In this document: piece by piece, positions 1 through 9,521 of the stretch
Numbering within the stretch: position 1 is the first letter of the stretch
Layout: every line of letters begins with the position of its first letter
DNA from: Candidatus Gastranaerophilales bacterium
Lineage (GTDB): Bacteria > Cyanobacteriota > Vampirovibrionia > Gastranaerophilales > UBA9971
NCBI GenBank assembly: GCA_028278605.1
Contig: JANQEB010000140.1
Location: 1 to 36,074, forward strand
Length of the DNA stretch: 36,074 bases
Direction of reading: 5' to 3'
Notes under the pieces: model-generated
Seen by the model: the letters and a program-made list of their open reading frames with translations, nothing else
The model's database searches: none
Told to the model about the DNA's origin: nothing
Program-made: the position numbers and the translations under genes

Positions 1-152
1 CAAACCCTCGTTTTTACTTCTGCATATATAATGTTCAAACATAAAAAAAATTGCCGTATTTTTTATAAATTATAAACCTACATATTTTCTGTTTTATAAC
101 AAATTTTTTGGTAATGATCAAATAATGACTGGTAGAACTTGTAATTTTCTTC

Positions 153-290
153 GTCATTGCGAGGGCTTTAGCGAAAATGAGTTGCAAAGCAACTCCTGCT
201 TCGCAAGCCCGTGGCAATCTGTGGTCCCCCGTGTCATAGCTTACTACGATGTTGCTCAGATTCCCACGTCGCTTCGCTCCTCGGAATGAC
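153..290. repeat. CGTC-type REP-like palindromic element with nested module
   Basis: Ends GTCATTGCGAG...CTCGGAATGAC with internal GTGGCAATCT/AGATTCCCAC arms; the internal GCGAAAATGAG..CTCCTGCTTCGCAAGC module recurs at ~11693. Confidence 0.8.
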
Positions 291-330
291 AATACGACGA
301 ATTTTGTCATATTAAGTAGGTAATAAAAAA

Positions 331-510
331 TTTGGCAGTGGTATAAAAATACGTGATTTGTCATTGCGAGCCCGGTACCCGCCATGGGCGGGGCGGGCGA
401 AGAATCTCATTGTTTTAGACCTTGAGGTCCTTCGACACAGCTCGCTCTGCGAGCTGGCTCAGGATGACGTAAAATACAAAACAGATGTAAAACTTTTTGT
501 TTGTTCCTTA
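331..510. mobile_element. Composite miniature element: TIR-like shell around a REP-like core (360-468)
   Basis: 331-370 matches the reverse complement of the right end of the 12247-12380 element; 413-510 matches the reverse complement of 35976-36074. Confidence 0.7.
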
Positions 511-596
511 ATTTATCCCGGGCAGTGAAATAGTAATATTGTCTCCAAAAAGGAATGCTATTGGGAAAATTAACATTAAAAACAGGTTTAATGACT

Positions 597-1382
597 TTAC
601 AAACGCAGCCCTAAAGCTAATGTTATGAATTTTCTTACTTTATCCCTGGTTTTGCCGCTTTGAATATTTCTAAGCAAATGCAAAATAAAGCGCATAAACC
701 TGTATCCAAATTTACCATAATATTTTTGCGATATTTTATGCACCTGCCGGGAAGTATTTTTGATATTATCCCGGTTTGTGCTGTATCCGCCCATTGCAAA
801 GTTGCAAATTACTACAGGAACATATTTTGCTCTTATCTTATGCTTGATTAATGCTCTGAGGTTAAGCTCATGGTCTGCACATATTGTGTAATTCCGGTCA
901 TAACTGCCGATTTTATCAAAAACTTCTTTTCTATACAGCACTGCCTGGTGGCAAAGGCAATTTGAAACCAGTGTTATTTTGTCTGTATTCCTGAAGGTCT
1001 TGGTCCAGCCGGCCCCGTTTAGTTCAATTACGTTTATGTCTCCGTAAAAAATTCCTGCTTTTGAGTTACCTATAGCCTTAACAGCCTGCTCAAGCGATTC
1101 GGGATAATAAAAGGAATCACCGGCGTTCATAAAAATCAGGAAATCCCCGCTTGCACGGTTTATAGCTTTGTTCATCCCGTCATAAATCCCGTTATCTTTT
1201 TCCGAGAGGAAAATAGCTATTTTTTCTCTATATTTATCAATAATTCCCGGTGTTGAATCAGTTGACCCACCGTCAATTACTATATATTCAATGTTATTAT
1301 ATGTCTGGGACAAGACAGAATTAATCGTTGTCTCAATTTTATCCTGTGCATTAAAACATACTGTAACAACAGATATTTTCAT
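597..1382 (-). CDS. Glycosyltransferase family 2 (WcaE-like)
   Basis: ISVVTVCFN, IDGGSTD, GIYDGMNK, FMNAGD, CHQA, ADHE motifs. Confidence 0.9.
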   Translation of the reverse strand: MKISVVTVCFNAQDKIETTINSVLSQTYNNIEYIVIDGGSTDSTPGIIDKYREKIAIFLSEKDNGIYDGMNKAINRASGDFLIFMNAGDSFYYPESLEQAVKAIGNSKAGIFYGDINVIELNGAGWTKTFRNTDKITLVSNCLCHQAVLYRKEVFDKIGSYDRNYTICADHELNLRALIKHKIRAKYVPVVICNFAMGGYSTNRDNIKNTSRQVHKISQKYYGKFGYRFMRFILHLLRNIQSGKTRDKVRKFITLALGLRL

Positions 1383-1393
1383 CAGCTCACCGG

Positions 1394-1813
1394 TTAATCA
1401 CCAAAACTAAACAGCTCTTTTAAGGATTCAAAGAAACTTTTTTTAATCAGCGGCTCATATTCAAAGTCTCCAAACTTTGGAATTAAAACGTCTTCAAAAA
1501 AATACTCGGCAACTTCGCTTTCAAGCATACCTATCAGGACTACATCAGGTTTTTCATTCAGGAATGTATATGAATTATACGTTTTCCAGCCTTCATAACC
1601 TTCCTGTTCTTCACCGTCATTGAACCTTATATCTGCAATTCCTATTATATTTAAACCGCTAAGCCCATAATTCTGTTTGATTATGTTAAAAGCCATACTG
1701 GCTCCATAGATCATAATTTTTTTATCTTTATACTTCTGTACAAGCTTATCTATTCTTTTTTGAAAATTTTTATTCCTTAAATAATCTTCTATTTCGCTGT
1801 AGTTTTTGCCCAT
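1394..1813 (-). CDS. Hypothetical protein with Rossmann-like KIMIYGA motif
   Basis: 139-aa ORF with an upstream AGGAG RBS, in operon between the ABC permease and GT2. Confidence 0.7.
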   Translation of the reverse strand: MGKNYSEIEDYLRNKNFQKRIDKLVQKYKDKKIMIYGASMAFNIIKQNYGLSGLNIIGIADIRFNDGEEQEGYEGWKTYNSYTFLNEKPDVVLIGMLESEVAEYFFEDVLIPKFGDFEYEPLIKKSFFESLKELFSFGD

Positions 1814-1851
1814 GCCCCTGCTATTCTCCTAAGTTGCTGTGCTTACGGTCA

Positions 1852-2532
1852 TCAACACAAGACTTCTCTTGATTCAGAAACCATATACGGTTTTGCTTCA
1901 AGTAACCTGCTCAGTCTTGAGAGGCTGAAGCATATTACAAAATACACAAACGCAATAAACACAAGTACTTCAAACTCATGATAAGTTCTCTCATATACAA
2001 TCTCGCCCGCTCTTGTAAGTTCAATAAGCCCGATTGTTGAGGCTAACGAAGTATCCTTTATCAACGCAATAAACTGGCTGACCAGCGCAGGGACCATTCT
2101 CTGTACCGCAAGCGGTAATATAATTAGCTTTAAACGCTGGTTAGTAGTGAAACCCAAACTAACAGCAGCATCTACAACCTCTTTTTCTATAGAACCAAGG
2201 CCGCCCCTTATGATTTCAGCTATATATGCTGAAGTAAACACTATCAAAGCGCTGCACGACGAAACAAAAAAGGAAGACTGGGTCCCCAGGATAAGCGGCA
2301 GTAAACCAAAGTGGAAAAAGCATATAAATATTACTAAAGGAGTGCTTCTTACGATTTCAATATAAACCACGGCAACAAAGCTGAATAAAGGCAGTTTTAA
2401 ATACCTGATAATTCCCAGGAACGTACCAAGAACCAGGCTTCCTGCTATAGATAAAAAAGCCAGCTGAAAAGTTATTGCAAGGCCCTTCATCAGGAACCCA
2501 AAGTTATTTGGTATTACTTCCCAGTCAATCAT
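1852..2532 (-). CDS. Polar amino-acid ABC transporter permease
   Basis: YIEIVRSTP, AYIAEIIRGG, EAA-like loop, IKDTSLAS. Confidence 0.93.
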   Translation of the reverse strand: MIDWEVIPNNFGFLMKGLAITFQLAFLSIAGSLVLGTFLGIIRYLKLPLFSFVAVVYIEIVRSTPLVIFICFFHFGLLPLILGTQSSFFVSSCSALIVFTSAYIAEIIRGGLGSIEKEVVDAAVSLGFTTNQRLKLIILPLAVQRMVPALVSQFIALIKDTSLASTIGLIELTRAGEIVYERTYHEFEVLVFIAFVYFVICFSLSRLSRLLEAKPYMVSESREVLC

Positions 2533-3203
2533 ATCATTGCTTCCCTTCCATGAACCTTTGTAAACCTCTCTATCAAATTAGAAATAAGGGCTATAAATCC
2601 TGTTATTAGCATATAAATAAACGCACCGAGGATAAAAAACTCAAAAAAGCTGAAATCGTCTACGGCTCTTTTGTATATGACATAGAATAAGTCAGATACC
2701 GAAATAAAACTCACAATGGATGAGTTCTTAATAAGGTTTATAAACTGGCTTCCCAGGGGCGGAATTACGATTCTTATTGCCTGCGGGAATATAACAAGGC
2801 CAAAAGCCTGAATTCTCCCAAATCCCAATCCTCTTGCTGCCTGGTATTGCTCTGAAGTAATAGAATTAACTCCTGAGCGCAGAACTTCCGATATATAAGC
2901 CCCCGTATAAATACTCAGGGCGATTATTCCGCAGGTAACAGGACTCAGGTGTACCCCAAAGCCGGGAAGGGCTTTATAAACAAAATAAAGAAGTATAAGA
3001 AGAGGAATGTTTCTTATGATTTCTACATAAACTGTACCTGCAGCCCTGAGAAACCATGTTCCCATTGTCCTAATAAACACAATAACCAGCCCAATCGCAA
3101 AAGCAAACAGCGAGCTGGTTAAAGAAATAAAAAGAGTGGTCTTTATTCCTTTAATCAGCTGTGGAAGGACATTTATAATAACATTAAAATCAACTTCATA
3201 CAT
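2529..3203 (-). CDS. Polar amino-acid ABC transporter permease
   Basis: YVEIIRNIP, AYISEVLRSG, QYQAARGLG, IKNSS; 4-bp overlap with the next permease. Confidence 0.93.
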   Translation of the reverse strand: MYEVDFNVIINVLPQLIKGIKTTLFISLTSSLFAFAIGLVIVFIRTMGTWFLRAAGTVYVEIIRNIPLLILLYFVYKALPGFGVHLSPVTCGIIALSIYTGAYISEVLRSGVNSITSEQYQAARGLGFGRIQAFGLVIFPQAIRIVIPPLGSQFINLIKNSSIVSFISVSDLFYVIYKRAVDDFSFFEFFILGAFIYMLITGFIALISNLIERFTKVHGREAMI

Positions 3204-3215
3204 TTTTATTCCTGA

Positions 3216-4019
3216 TTATTTTTTATTTAAATCACTTGTCCATTTTTCTTCAAGCCCGGTTATAGTCCCATCTTCCATCATTTCTTGCAGTGTAAAGTTA
3301 ATGGTTTCAATAAGAGAGCTTACTTCTTTGCCTTTTTTAAAACCAAGCCCGTAGGATTCTCTTGTAAGCCTTTCATCCAGCATTTTAAACCCTTTATTTT
3401 CAGATATAAAACCGTAAATGATAGTATCATCCGTTGTTAAAGCATCTCCCCTGCCGTTTTTTAAAGCGGAAAAAGCGTCTGTATATGTTCTAAAACCCAG
3501 TACCATTGCTGCCGGAAAAAGTTCTCTTATATTTTTTTCACTGGTTGAACCCAGGACAACTATTATTTTTTTGCCGGAAAGATCGCCAATTGACTGTATA
3601 TTGCTATTTTCAGGAACCATTACTGCCTGTCCCGCAATATAATATGGTATACTGAAATCTATTATTCTTTCACGCTTATTGGTAATTGTCATTGTTGCCG
3701 CCGCAAAATCCACTGTTCCTGATGTTATAGAAAAAATTCTATTAGAAGAAGTTACCTGCTGGAATTCTATAGCGTTTTCATCTCCCAGAATTCTTTTTGC
3801 CAGTTCTTTACAAAGGTCTACATCAAACCCTTTAACTTCTTCTTTTTCATTGATAAATCCAAAAGGCTTGGTGTCATATCTTACGCCGACAATCATCTTC
3901 CCTCTTGATTGAATAGTTTGAAGAAGTTCTGTTTCCTGTTTTTTTGTACACCCGTTAGCCAGGATGGGTATGAACAGTAAACCTGTAAAAATAATTAAGA
4001 ATTTTTTCAGGTTATTCAA
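3216..4019 (-). CDS. Amino-acid ABC transporter substrate-binding lipoprotein (GlnH/PEB1-like)
   Basis: TTG start with GAGGTGG RBS, lipobox LANGC, GFDVDL, TITNKRE, DFSIPYY. Confidence 0.92.
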   Translation of the reverse strand: MNNLKKFLIIFTGLLFIPILANGCTKKQETELLQTIQSRGKMIVGVRYDTKPFGFINEKEEVKGFDVDLCKELAKRILGDENAIEFQQVTSSNRIFSITSGTVDFAAATMTITNKRERIIDFSIPYYIAGQAVMVPENSNIQSIGDLSGKKIIVVLGSTSEKNIRELFPAAMVLGFRTYTDAFSALKNGRGDALTTDDTIIYGFISENKGFKMLDERLTRESYGLGFKKGKEVSSLIETINFTLQEMMEDGTITGLEEKWTSDLNKK

Positions 4020-4785
4020 TTATTCCACCTCTCTTGTTAGCGCTTGCAAACTGTTTTTGAGCATTAAGAATACTCTGGACAAATTCTTCTGTAGCCGGTT
4101 TTTCAGGATTGTCAAAAATTTGGGAAGGTGTTCCTTCCTCAACAATCCGGCCTCTGGAAATAAATATGATTTTATCTGCCACTTCTCTTGCAAAACCCAT
4201 TTCATGGGTTACTACAGCCATTGTCATGCCGTCTTTAGCCAGGTCTTTAATTGTATCGAGGACTTCCTGTTTCATTTGAGGGTCAAGTGCGCTTGTCGGT
4301 TCATCAAAGAGCATTACTTTCGGCTGCATTGCAAGGCTTCTTGCTATGGCAACCCTTTGTGCCTGGCCGCCTGAGAGCTGGGCCGGGTATTTATCGATTT
4401 TATCCAGCAGCCCTACTTTTTCCAGAAGGTACATTGTCTGGACTTCCGCGTCGTTTTTTGACATTTTTTTAACTTCAATAGGAGCAAGGTTTATGTTTTG
4501 CCTGATTGTTAAATGCGGGAATAAGTTAAATTGCTGAAATACAATTCCGACTTCTGACCTGAGTTTATTTAAATTTGTCTCTTTGGAAGTTACTTCAACT
4601 TCATCAATAAATATTTTTCCGTCGGTAACAGGCACAAGTCCGTTGATGCACTTTAAAAAGGTGCTTTTACCGCAACCGGAAGGGCCAATTAGTGCTATAA
4701 TGCTGCCTTTATCTATAGTTGCGCTTATATCTTTAAGCACGCATAAATTTTTATAGTATTTGCTTACGTTTTTCAGTTTTATCAT
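4012..4785 (-). CDS. glnQ: Amino-acid ABC transporter ATP-binding protein
   Basis: Walker [36 protein letters not shown]. Confidence 0.93.
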   Translation of the reverse strand: MIKLKNVSKYYKNLCVLKDISATIDKGSIIALIGPSGCGKSTFLKCINGLVPVTDGKIFIDEVEVTSKETNLNKLRSEVGIVFQQFNLFPHLTIRQNINLAPIEVKKMSKNDAEVQTMYLLEKVGLLDKIDKYPAQLSGGQAQRVAIARSLAMQPKVMLFDEPTSALDPQMKQEVLDTIKDLAKDGMTMAVVTHEMGFAREVADKIIFISRGRIVEEGTPSQIFDNPEKPATEEFVQSILNAQKQFASANKRGGIIE

Positions 4786-5034
4786 TTTCTTTCCAGCATG
4801 TACTTTATATTTTTCAATAAGAGTATGAACAACTTATTATTTTACAGATATTCAAAGTTTTCGTCTATCAGTTCTTTAATATATTTTCAAATTTAAAATT
4901 AATATATTGTGTTTTAACCGGGTAAATTCAACTCGTAGTGGCCGAATCATTATATAAGGAAGTAATAAAAAATTCTTACATAAAATTTTTCAAAAACCGG
5001 TAGTGTCCCGATATCGTGTTATACCTCCCGAAGT

Positions 5035-5168
5035 GTCATTACGAGAAAGCCTGCCCCGTGCTTGACACGGGATGGTAATCTGTCTAAATGGGGTGAGAAA
5101 GCACATAATGTTATTTGGCCAGATTGCCACGGGCTCTTAAATTGTCATTGAGCCCTCGCAAGAATGAC
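5035..5168. repeat. CGTC-type REP-like element
   Basis: GTCATTACGAG...GGTAATCTG...CAGATTGCCACG...CTCGCAAGAATGAC. Confidence 0.75.
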
Positions 5169-5307
5169 AGATGTTTGTTGATTATAAAAATATTTTCCGG
5201 ATAGGCTCTAAGCTATAATTTTTTTTTAGCTAACCCGAAGAAATTTTGAAATATTAACCGGGTTTCAATTAAAATATATATAAATAATACTTAGCTGGAG
5301 AAAAAGT

Positions 5308-5991
5308 ATGAAAACAATAGGCCTTATCGGGGGCATGAGTTTTGCGTCTACCGTAGAGTATTACAGGATGATAAACTGCGAAGTCCAAAAAAGACTTGGG
5401 GGAAATAACTCAGCTAAAATTATACTTTATAGTATGAATTTCCAGGAAATAAAAGAGCTTCAATTCAAGAGCGAATGGGAAAAGTTAGGAGAAATCCTAT
5501 CCGGCGCTGCTATACAACTGGAAAAAGGCGGCGCTGATTTTTTGTTAATTTGCACAAATTTAATGCATAAAGTTGCGCCGCAGGTAGAAAAAAAAGTTTC
5601 TATACCTCTTCTTCACATTGTTGATGCAACCGCGCAGAAAATAAAGTCTCAAAATATAGACAAAGTAGGACTTTTAGGGACTGTATTTACTATGGAAGAG
5701 GAATTTTATACACAAAGACTAAAAAAACACGGTATAGAAGTTGTGATTCCTGAACAACAGGAACGCCAAGAGGTCAGCCGGATTATTTATGACGAGCTGT
5801 GCAGGGGAATTTTCCTTGATGAGGCCAGGAAAAAATACCGCCAGGCCATAAGGCAAATGAAAGAAAACGGCGCCCAGGGAGTTGTGCTGGGCTGTACAGA
5901 AATACCTTTATTGTTGGAAAAAACAGAGATTCCCGCTTTTAACACTACCCAGATTCACGCAATGGCAGCTGTTGAAATGTCTTTTAATTAA
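5308..5991 (+). CDS. Aspartate/glutamate racemase family protein
   Basis: IGLIGGMS, ICTN and LGCTE with both catalytic Cys; GGAG RBS. Confidence 0.92.
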   Translation: MKTIGLIGGMSFASTVEYYRMINCEVQKRLGGNNSAKIILYSMNFQEIKELQFKSEWEKLGEILSGAAIQLEKGGADFLLICTNLMHKVAPQVEKKVSIPLLHIVDATAQKIKSQNIDKVGLLGTVFTMEEEFYTQRLKKHGIEVVIPEQQERQEVSRIIYDELCRGIFLDEARKKYRQAIRQMKENGAQGVVLGCTEIPLLLEKTEIPAFNTTQIHAMAAVEMSFN

Positions 5992-6000
5992 AGGTTTAAA

Positions 6001-6930
6001 ATGCTTAGAGTAGTAGTTTTAGGATATGGTGAACTTGCCCAGTCTGTTGTTTTGGGGATTTTGCAGACAAAACATAAACTCGCAGGCATTATGAGGTGGC
6101 GTCATTCAAAAACTAACAGGCTGGCATCATTCTTGCAGGATACTTTTGCCCCTGACCACTTACTTTCAATAATCAGGTCTCAGGACTTAAAGGAAATTAA
6201 AGCAGTAAGGGCAAATACCGGTAAGTTTACAGACCAAATGAAAAAGCTCAGGCCCGATGTGATAATTGTTGCTTCCTGGGGTGAAATCCTGAAAAGCGAA
6301 GCTATAGACCTGCCTAAAGTGGCCTGTATCAACTGTCATCCCTCTTTACTCCCAAAACACAGGGGCAGCAATCCGTATGCTTCCGCTATAAGACAGGGTG
6401 AAACCAAAACAGGGGTTACTTTTCATCTTATGAATGAAAAAATAGATGCCGGAGATATTCTATTGCAGTCAGAAGTTGAAATTTCCGAAATTGATACAGG
6501 AGAAACCCTTAAAAGAAAGTGTGCTTTTACGGCAAAGGAAGCTGTAAAAATCCTTCTTGACAGGCTTGAAAGAGCAGAGGCGGTTCCTGTAGCCCAGGAC
6601 GAATCTAAAGCCAGTTATTTTCCCGCTATATCAGCTGATGATGCCTATATTAACTGGGAAAACCCGGCTGAGTCCATACATAATCAGGTCAGGGGGCTGC
6701 ATCCGTGGGTTCAGTGCTATACCCGGTATAAAAACGGCTTTTTATTCGCAAAATCATCTGAAGTCGTAAAGCTTGATAAACCAGCAGGCAAGCACGGGGT
6801 TTTAATAGAAAAGAGTGAAAATGAGCTTGTTATATCAACTGCCAGCCCTGATAAAGCTATCAGGCTTAAAGGTGTTGAACCTTACAGCTTTTTTTATGAA
6901 CTCAGGCGCTGGCTTGGGCTAACAAGGTAA
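6001..6930 (+). CDS. Formyltransferase (Fmt/ArnA N-terminal-like)
   Basis: NCHPSLLPKHRG, TGVTFH, IDAGDI, C-terminal INW..R...PW; lacks the FMGTP N-terminal motif of canonical Fmt. Confidence 0.85.
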   Translation: MLRVVVLGYGELAQSVVLGILQTKHKLAGIMRWRHSKTNRLASFLQDTFAPDHLLSIIRSQDLKEIKAVRANTGKFTDQMKKLRPDVIIVASWGEILKSEAIDLPKVACINCHPSLLPKHRGSNPYASAIRQGETKTGVTFHLMNEKIDAGDILLQSEVEISEIDTGETLKRKCAFTAKEAVKILLDRLERAEAVPVAQDESKASYFPAISADDAYINWENPAESIHNQVRGLHPWVQCYTRYKNGFLFAKSSEVVKLDKPAGKHGVLIEKSENELVISTASPDKAIRLKGVEPYSFFYELRRWLGLTR

Positions 6931-6931
6931 G

Positions 6932-7723
6932 TTATCCCGCGGTTTTTTCAGGCAAAGACCGGATTAGCAGTATTCGCTCAAGTATTAAAATTACCAGCAA
7001 TGAATAAAGCCCGGCAAGTATAACATCGCTTAAAAAGTGCGCACCGGTTGCTACCCGCATAATTGCAACTGACGCCGCAAAAAGCGTTATCACCCAAAAC
7101 CAAATTTTCCTGTGTTTTCCGGCAAGTAAAGCCAGGGATAAAAAGCAAACGGCAAGTGAAGTTTCCCCGGATACAAATGAGCAATTCCCCCGGCACTGGT
7201 CTGAAATTACACCTGCAGCGGTAAATTGCTTTGTACCGTGGAATTCCATGATATCTCTTGGTCTTGCCCTGCCCCAGTGGCTTTTCAGTATAAAACCCGT
7301 CATAAAACCTGCTGCAATAGCAAAAGAAAGAATAATGAAAAAAAATCTTCTCCTGGTTAAAGTCCAGACGGGTTTTTTGTGAAATTCCCCGACTATATAA
7401 GCTAAACTAATTATAATAAGAGAAAAACCCATCATAAGCACAAGGATTTTATGGTAAAAATAGTTAACAGGCGAACCTGCCATTAAAAACTTCCCGTCTC
7501 CCATGTAGAACAATTTTGTAAATTCTATATCTACATTTGGAAAGAAGTAAAAAAACGCTGTTAACACAACGCAAAGAATACCTGTGATTATGATTGCTGG
7601 TTTGTTAGACAGAAAATCCGTTTTGCCGGGAAGATTTTTTCGGTTTTTCTCTATATCACCCGGCCCATCCAGGAAATTTTTTGCTTTTTCATTAAAAATT
7701 ATATTTTTCATCAAAAACCTCAT
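6932..7723 (-). CDS. PAP2-family membrane phosphatase (lipid A phosphatase LpxF-like)
   Basis: KSHWGRARP, SFVSGE, RVATGAHFLSDV; multiple TM segments. Confidence 0.85.
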   Translation of the reverse strand: MRFLMKNIIFNEKAKNFLDGPGDIEKNRKNLPGKTDFLSNKPAIIITGILCVVLTAFFYFFPNVDIEFTKLFYMGDGKFLMAGSPVNYFYHKILVLMMGFSLIIISLAYIVGEFHKKPVWTLTRRRFFFIILSFAIAAGFMTGFILKSHWGRARPRDIMEFHGTKQFTAAGVISDQCRGNCSFVSGETSLAVCFLSLALLAGKHRKIWFWVITLFAASVAIMRVATGAHFLSDVILAGLYSLLVILILERILLIRSLPEKTAG

Positions 7724-7914
7724 AATACCTTCTTATCCGGTAAAATAAAATTTTATAGACCTGATATTAGCATAAAAATATCAGGAAAGATGTTAAAGTA
7801 TAATACAAAAACTCAAGGTAACTACTCAGAGTGATCAATTAATGACTGATAAGAATTTTTCCTTGTCGCTTATTGCTTATTACCGGATAGGCTCTTAATA
7901 CTGTTCAATAATCT

Positions 7915-8994
7915 TTATTTTTTAGCAAGCATGTAATCGTAAATCTGTGTTCTCTGGAGCCTGTTTGTTCCTCCTTTAACACGGGCATCTATGCTTCTTT
8001 GCACAAGCGGCGCAAAATCTGAATTTGCCAGGAAACCAACATTTCCAAATATGTTTAATACTTCCATTGTTACGTTGCTTGCGGCTTCACTTGCTTTAAC
8101 TTTTGCCATTGAAGCGATTTTTACATTTGGTTTGGTTTTATCCATACAATCTGCGCTATAGTATGTCAGCATTCTTGCGGATTCCGCCTCGCTAAACAGA
8201 TCCGCAAGCGTAAACTGTAAATTCTGGCTTGTGGAAATGCTTTCTCCTGTAGCAGACTTGGTTTCTTTTACTATTTCAATTCCCTTTACTAACGCGCTAT
8301 GGGCAATACCAATTGAAACAGCAGCAACTAAAGTCCTTGCAACTGCCATTGTGCTTTCTAAATTATCGGATATAACAGCTATACATTGATCTTCTTTAAA
8401 TGAATGATTAATTTGTATCTGGTTATAAGGGATTTTAACTGAAGAAATTGTTTTTGCGCTTTCTTCAATCCTAACTTCATTCTCGTGGACTAAGAATAAA
8501 CGGATCTTATTTTCTTCGTCTTTAGCATAAATTATGAATTTATCAGAATAAAGCTGCTCGTTACTTACCAGCTTGGTTCCTTGCACACTCCAGCCCTCAG
8601 CAGTTTTTGAGGCTTTTGTCCGGATATCGCAAAGTCCTGTATAGCCAGGCTCCATGCACAGCAGGCTAACTGTTTCACCTTTTTCAAGGAGGTTTTCAGC
8701 TTTAATACTTGTGTAAGCTTTTAGTATTTCCCTGAAAACAATTTGGTCAGCAAGAATATATGCGGATAAAGAATCATTTTTTGAAATTTCTTCCAGGGAA
8801 ACTGTCATGCCAAGGTAATCATCATAAATTTCATTTTCTGAGGGTAGTGAACCTAGGGACATAGAAAGATAGCTTGTAATTACCTGCTTGGGGTTTCTAT
8901 CGTCCTGAAGATTTTTTTCAATTCTTGAAATCAACTCTTTTGTTTTTTGGATACACTCAAGGTGCTTGTTGCCCAGTTCAAATTGTCCACTCAT
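7915..8994 (-). CDS. Acyl-CoA dehydrogenase-like protein (divergent)
   Basis: MEPG, GTK, QFTLAD, ASMAK, IFGNVGF, GGTNRLQR. Confidence 0.8.
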   Translation of the reverse strand: MSGQFELGNKHLECIQKTKELISRIEKNLQDDRNPKQVITSYLSMSLGSLPSENEIYDDYLGMTVSLEEISKNDSLSAYILADQIVFREILKAYTSIKAENLLEKGETVSLLCMEPGYTGLCDIRTKASKTAEGWSVQGTKLVSNEQLYSDKFIIYAKDEENKIRLFLVHENEVRIEESAKTISSVKIPYNQIQINHSFKEDQCIAVISDNLESTMAVARTLVAAVSIGIAHSALVKGIEIVKETKSATGESISTSQNLQFTLADLFSEAESARMLTYYSADCMDKTKPNVKIASMAKVKASEAASNVTMEVLNIFGNVGFLANSDFAPLVQRSIDARVKGGTNRLQRTQIYDYMLAKK

Positions 8995-9299
8995 AATTTA
9001 ATCCTCGTCCTTATAATAATAAATTAAACTACCACAAACATTTCATATAAGCTATAAAAGAATTTAAACCGGCTAAGTTTCAATGATAGATTAAATTTTA
9101 GTCTAAAATATTAAAATTTATAAATAAACTTATTAAGTATTGTTAAATTATGACAATTTTTTTAAAAGTATATACTTTATATATATACAAGGCTCAAGAA
9201 ATTTTAAAAAATATCTCATAAAGCACCACATAAATAAAAACCTTACAGAACCCGCTATAAATTTTAAAAAATTACACATAACACTCTAATTTTTAATTT

Positions 9300-9333
9300 A
9301 AAGAGACTATTTTCAAATGGTCTCTTTTTTTTT
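9300..9333 (+). terminator. Intrinsic terminator-like hairpin upstream of ilvE
   Basis: AAGAGACTATT/AATGGTCTCTT stem followed by a T run. Confidence 0.6.
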
Positions 9334-9363
9334 ATAAATTTTGAAAAATTTTGATTTTTACAA

Positions 9364-9430
9364 TTAACCTGAGTCGCCTGCTTAGTGATTTAATCAAAAA
9401 GAAAATCACTAAGCAGGCGACTCAGGTTAA
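9364..9430. repeat. Perfect 28-bp inverted repeat with 11-nt loop
   Basis: TTAACCTGAGTCGCCTGCTTAGTGATTT (9364-9391) is the exact reverse complement of 9403-9430. Confidence 0.95.
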
Positions 9431-9521
9431 GTTAGAGATTCGGGTTATATAGCAAAGTAATATTTTTTTACTTTTTTGTTTATTAATTGTATCCTTTCTA
9501 TAGGAAGAAAGGAGATTTTTT

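Noticed and set aside
35-385. 116-aa minus-strand ORF
   Set aside because: Runs through two REP-like elements; SFRGAKRRGNL-type text is translated repeat.
9150-9221. 23-codon ORF as an ilvE leader peptide
   Set aside because: No RBS, and its Ile/Leu content is expected from AT-rich DNA.
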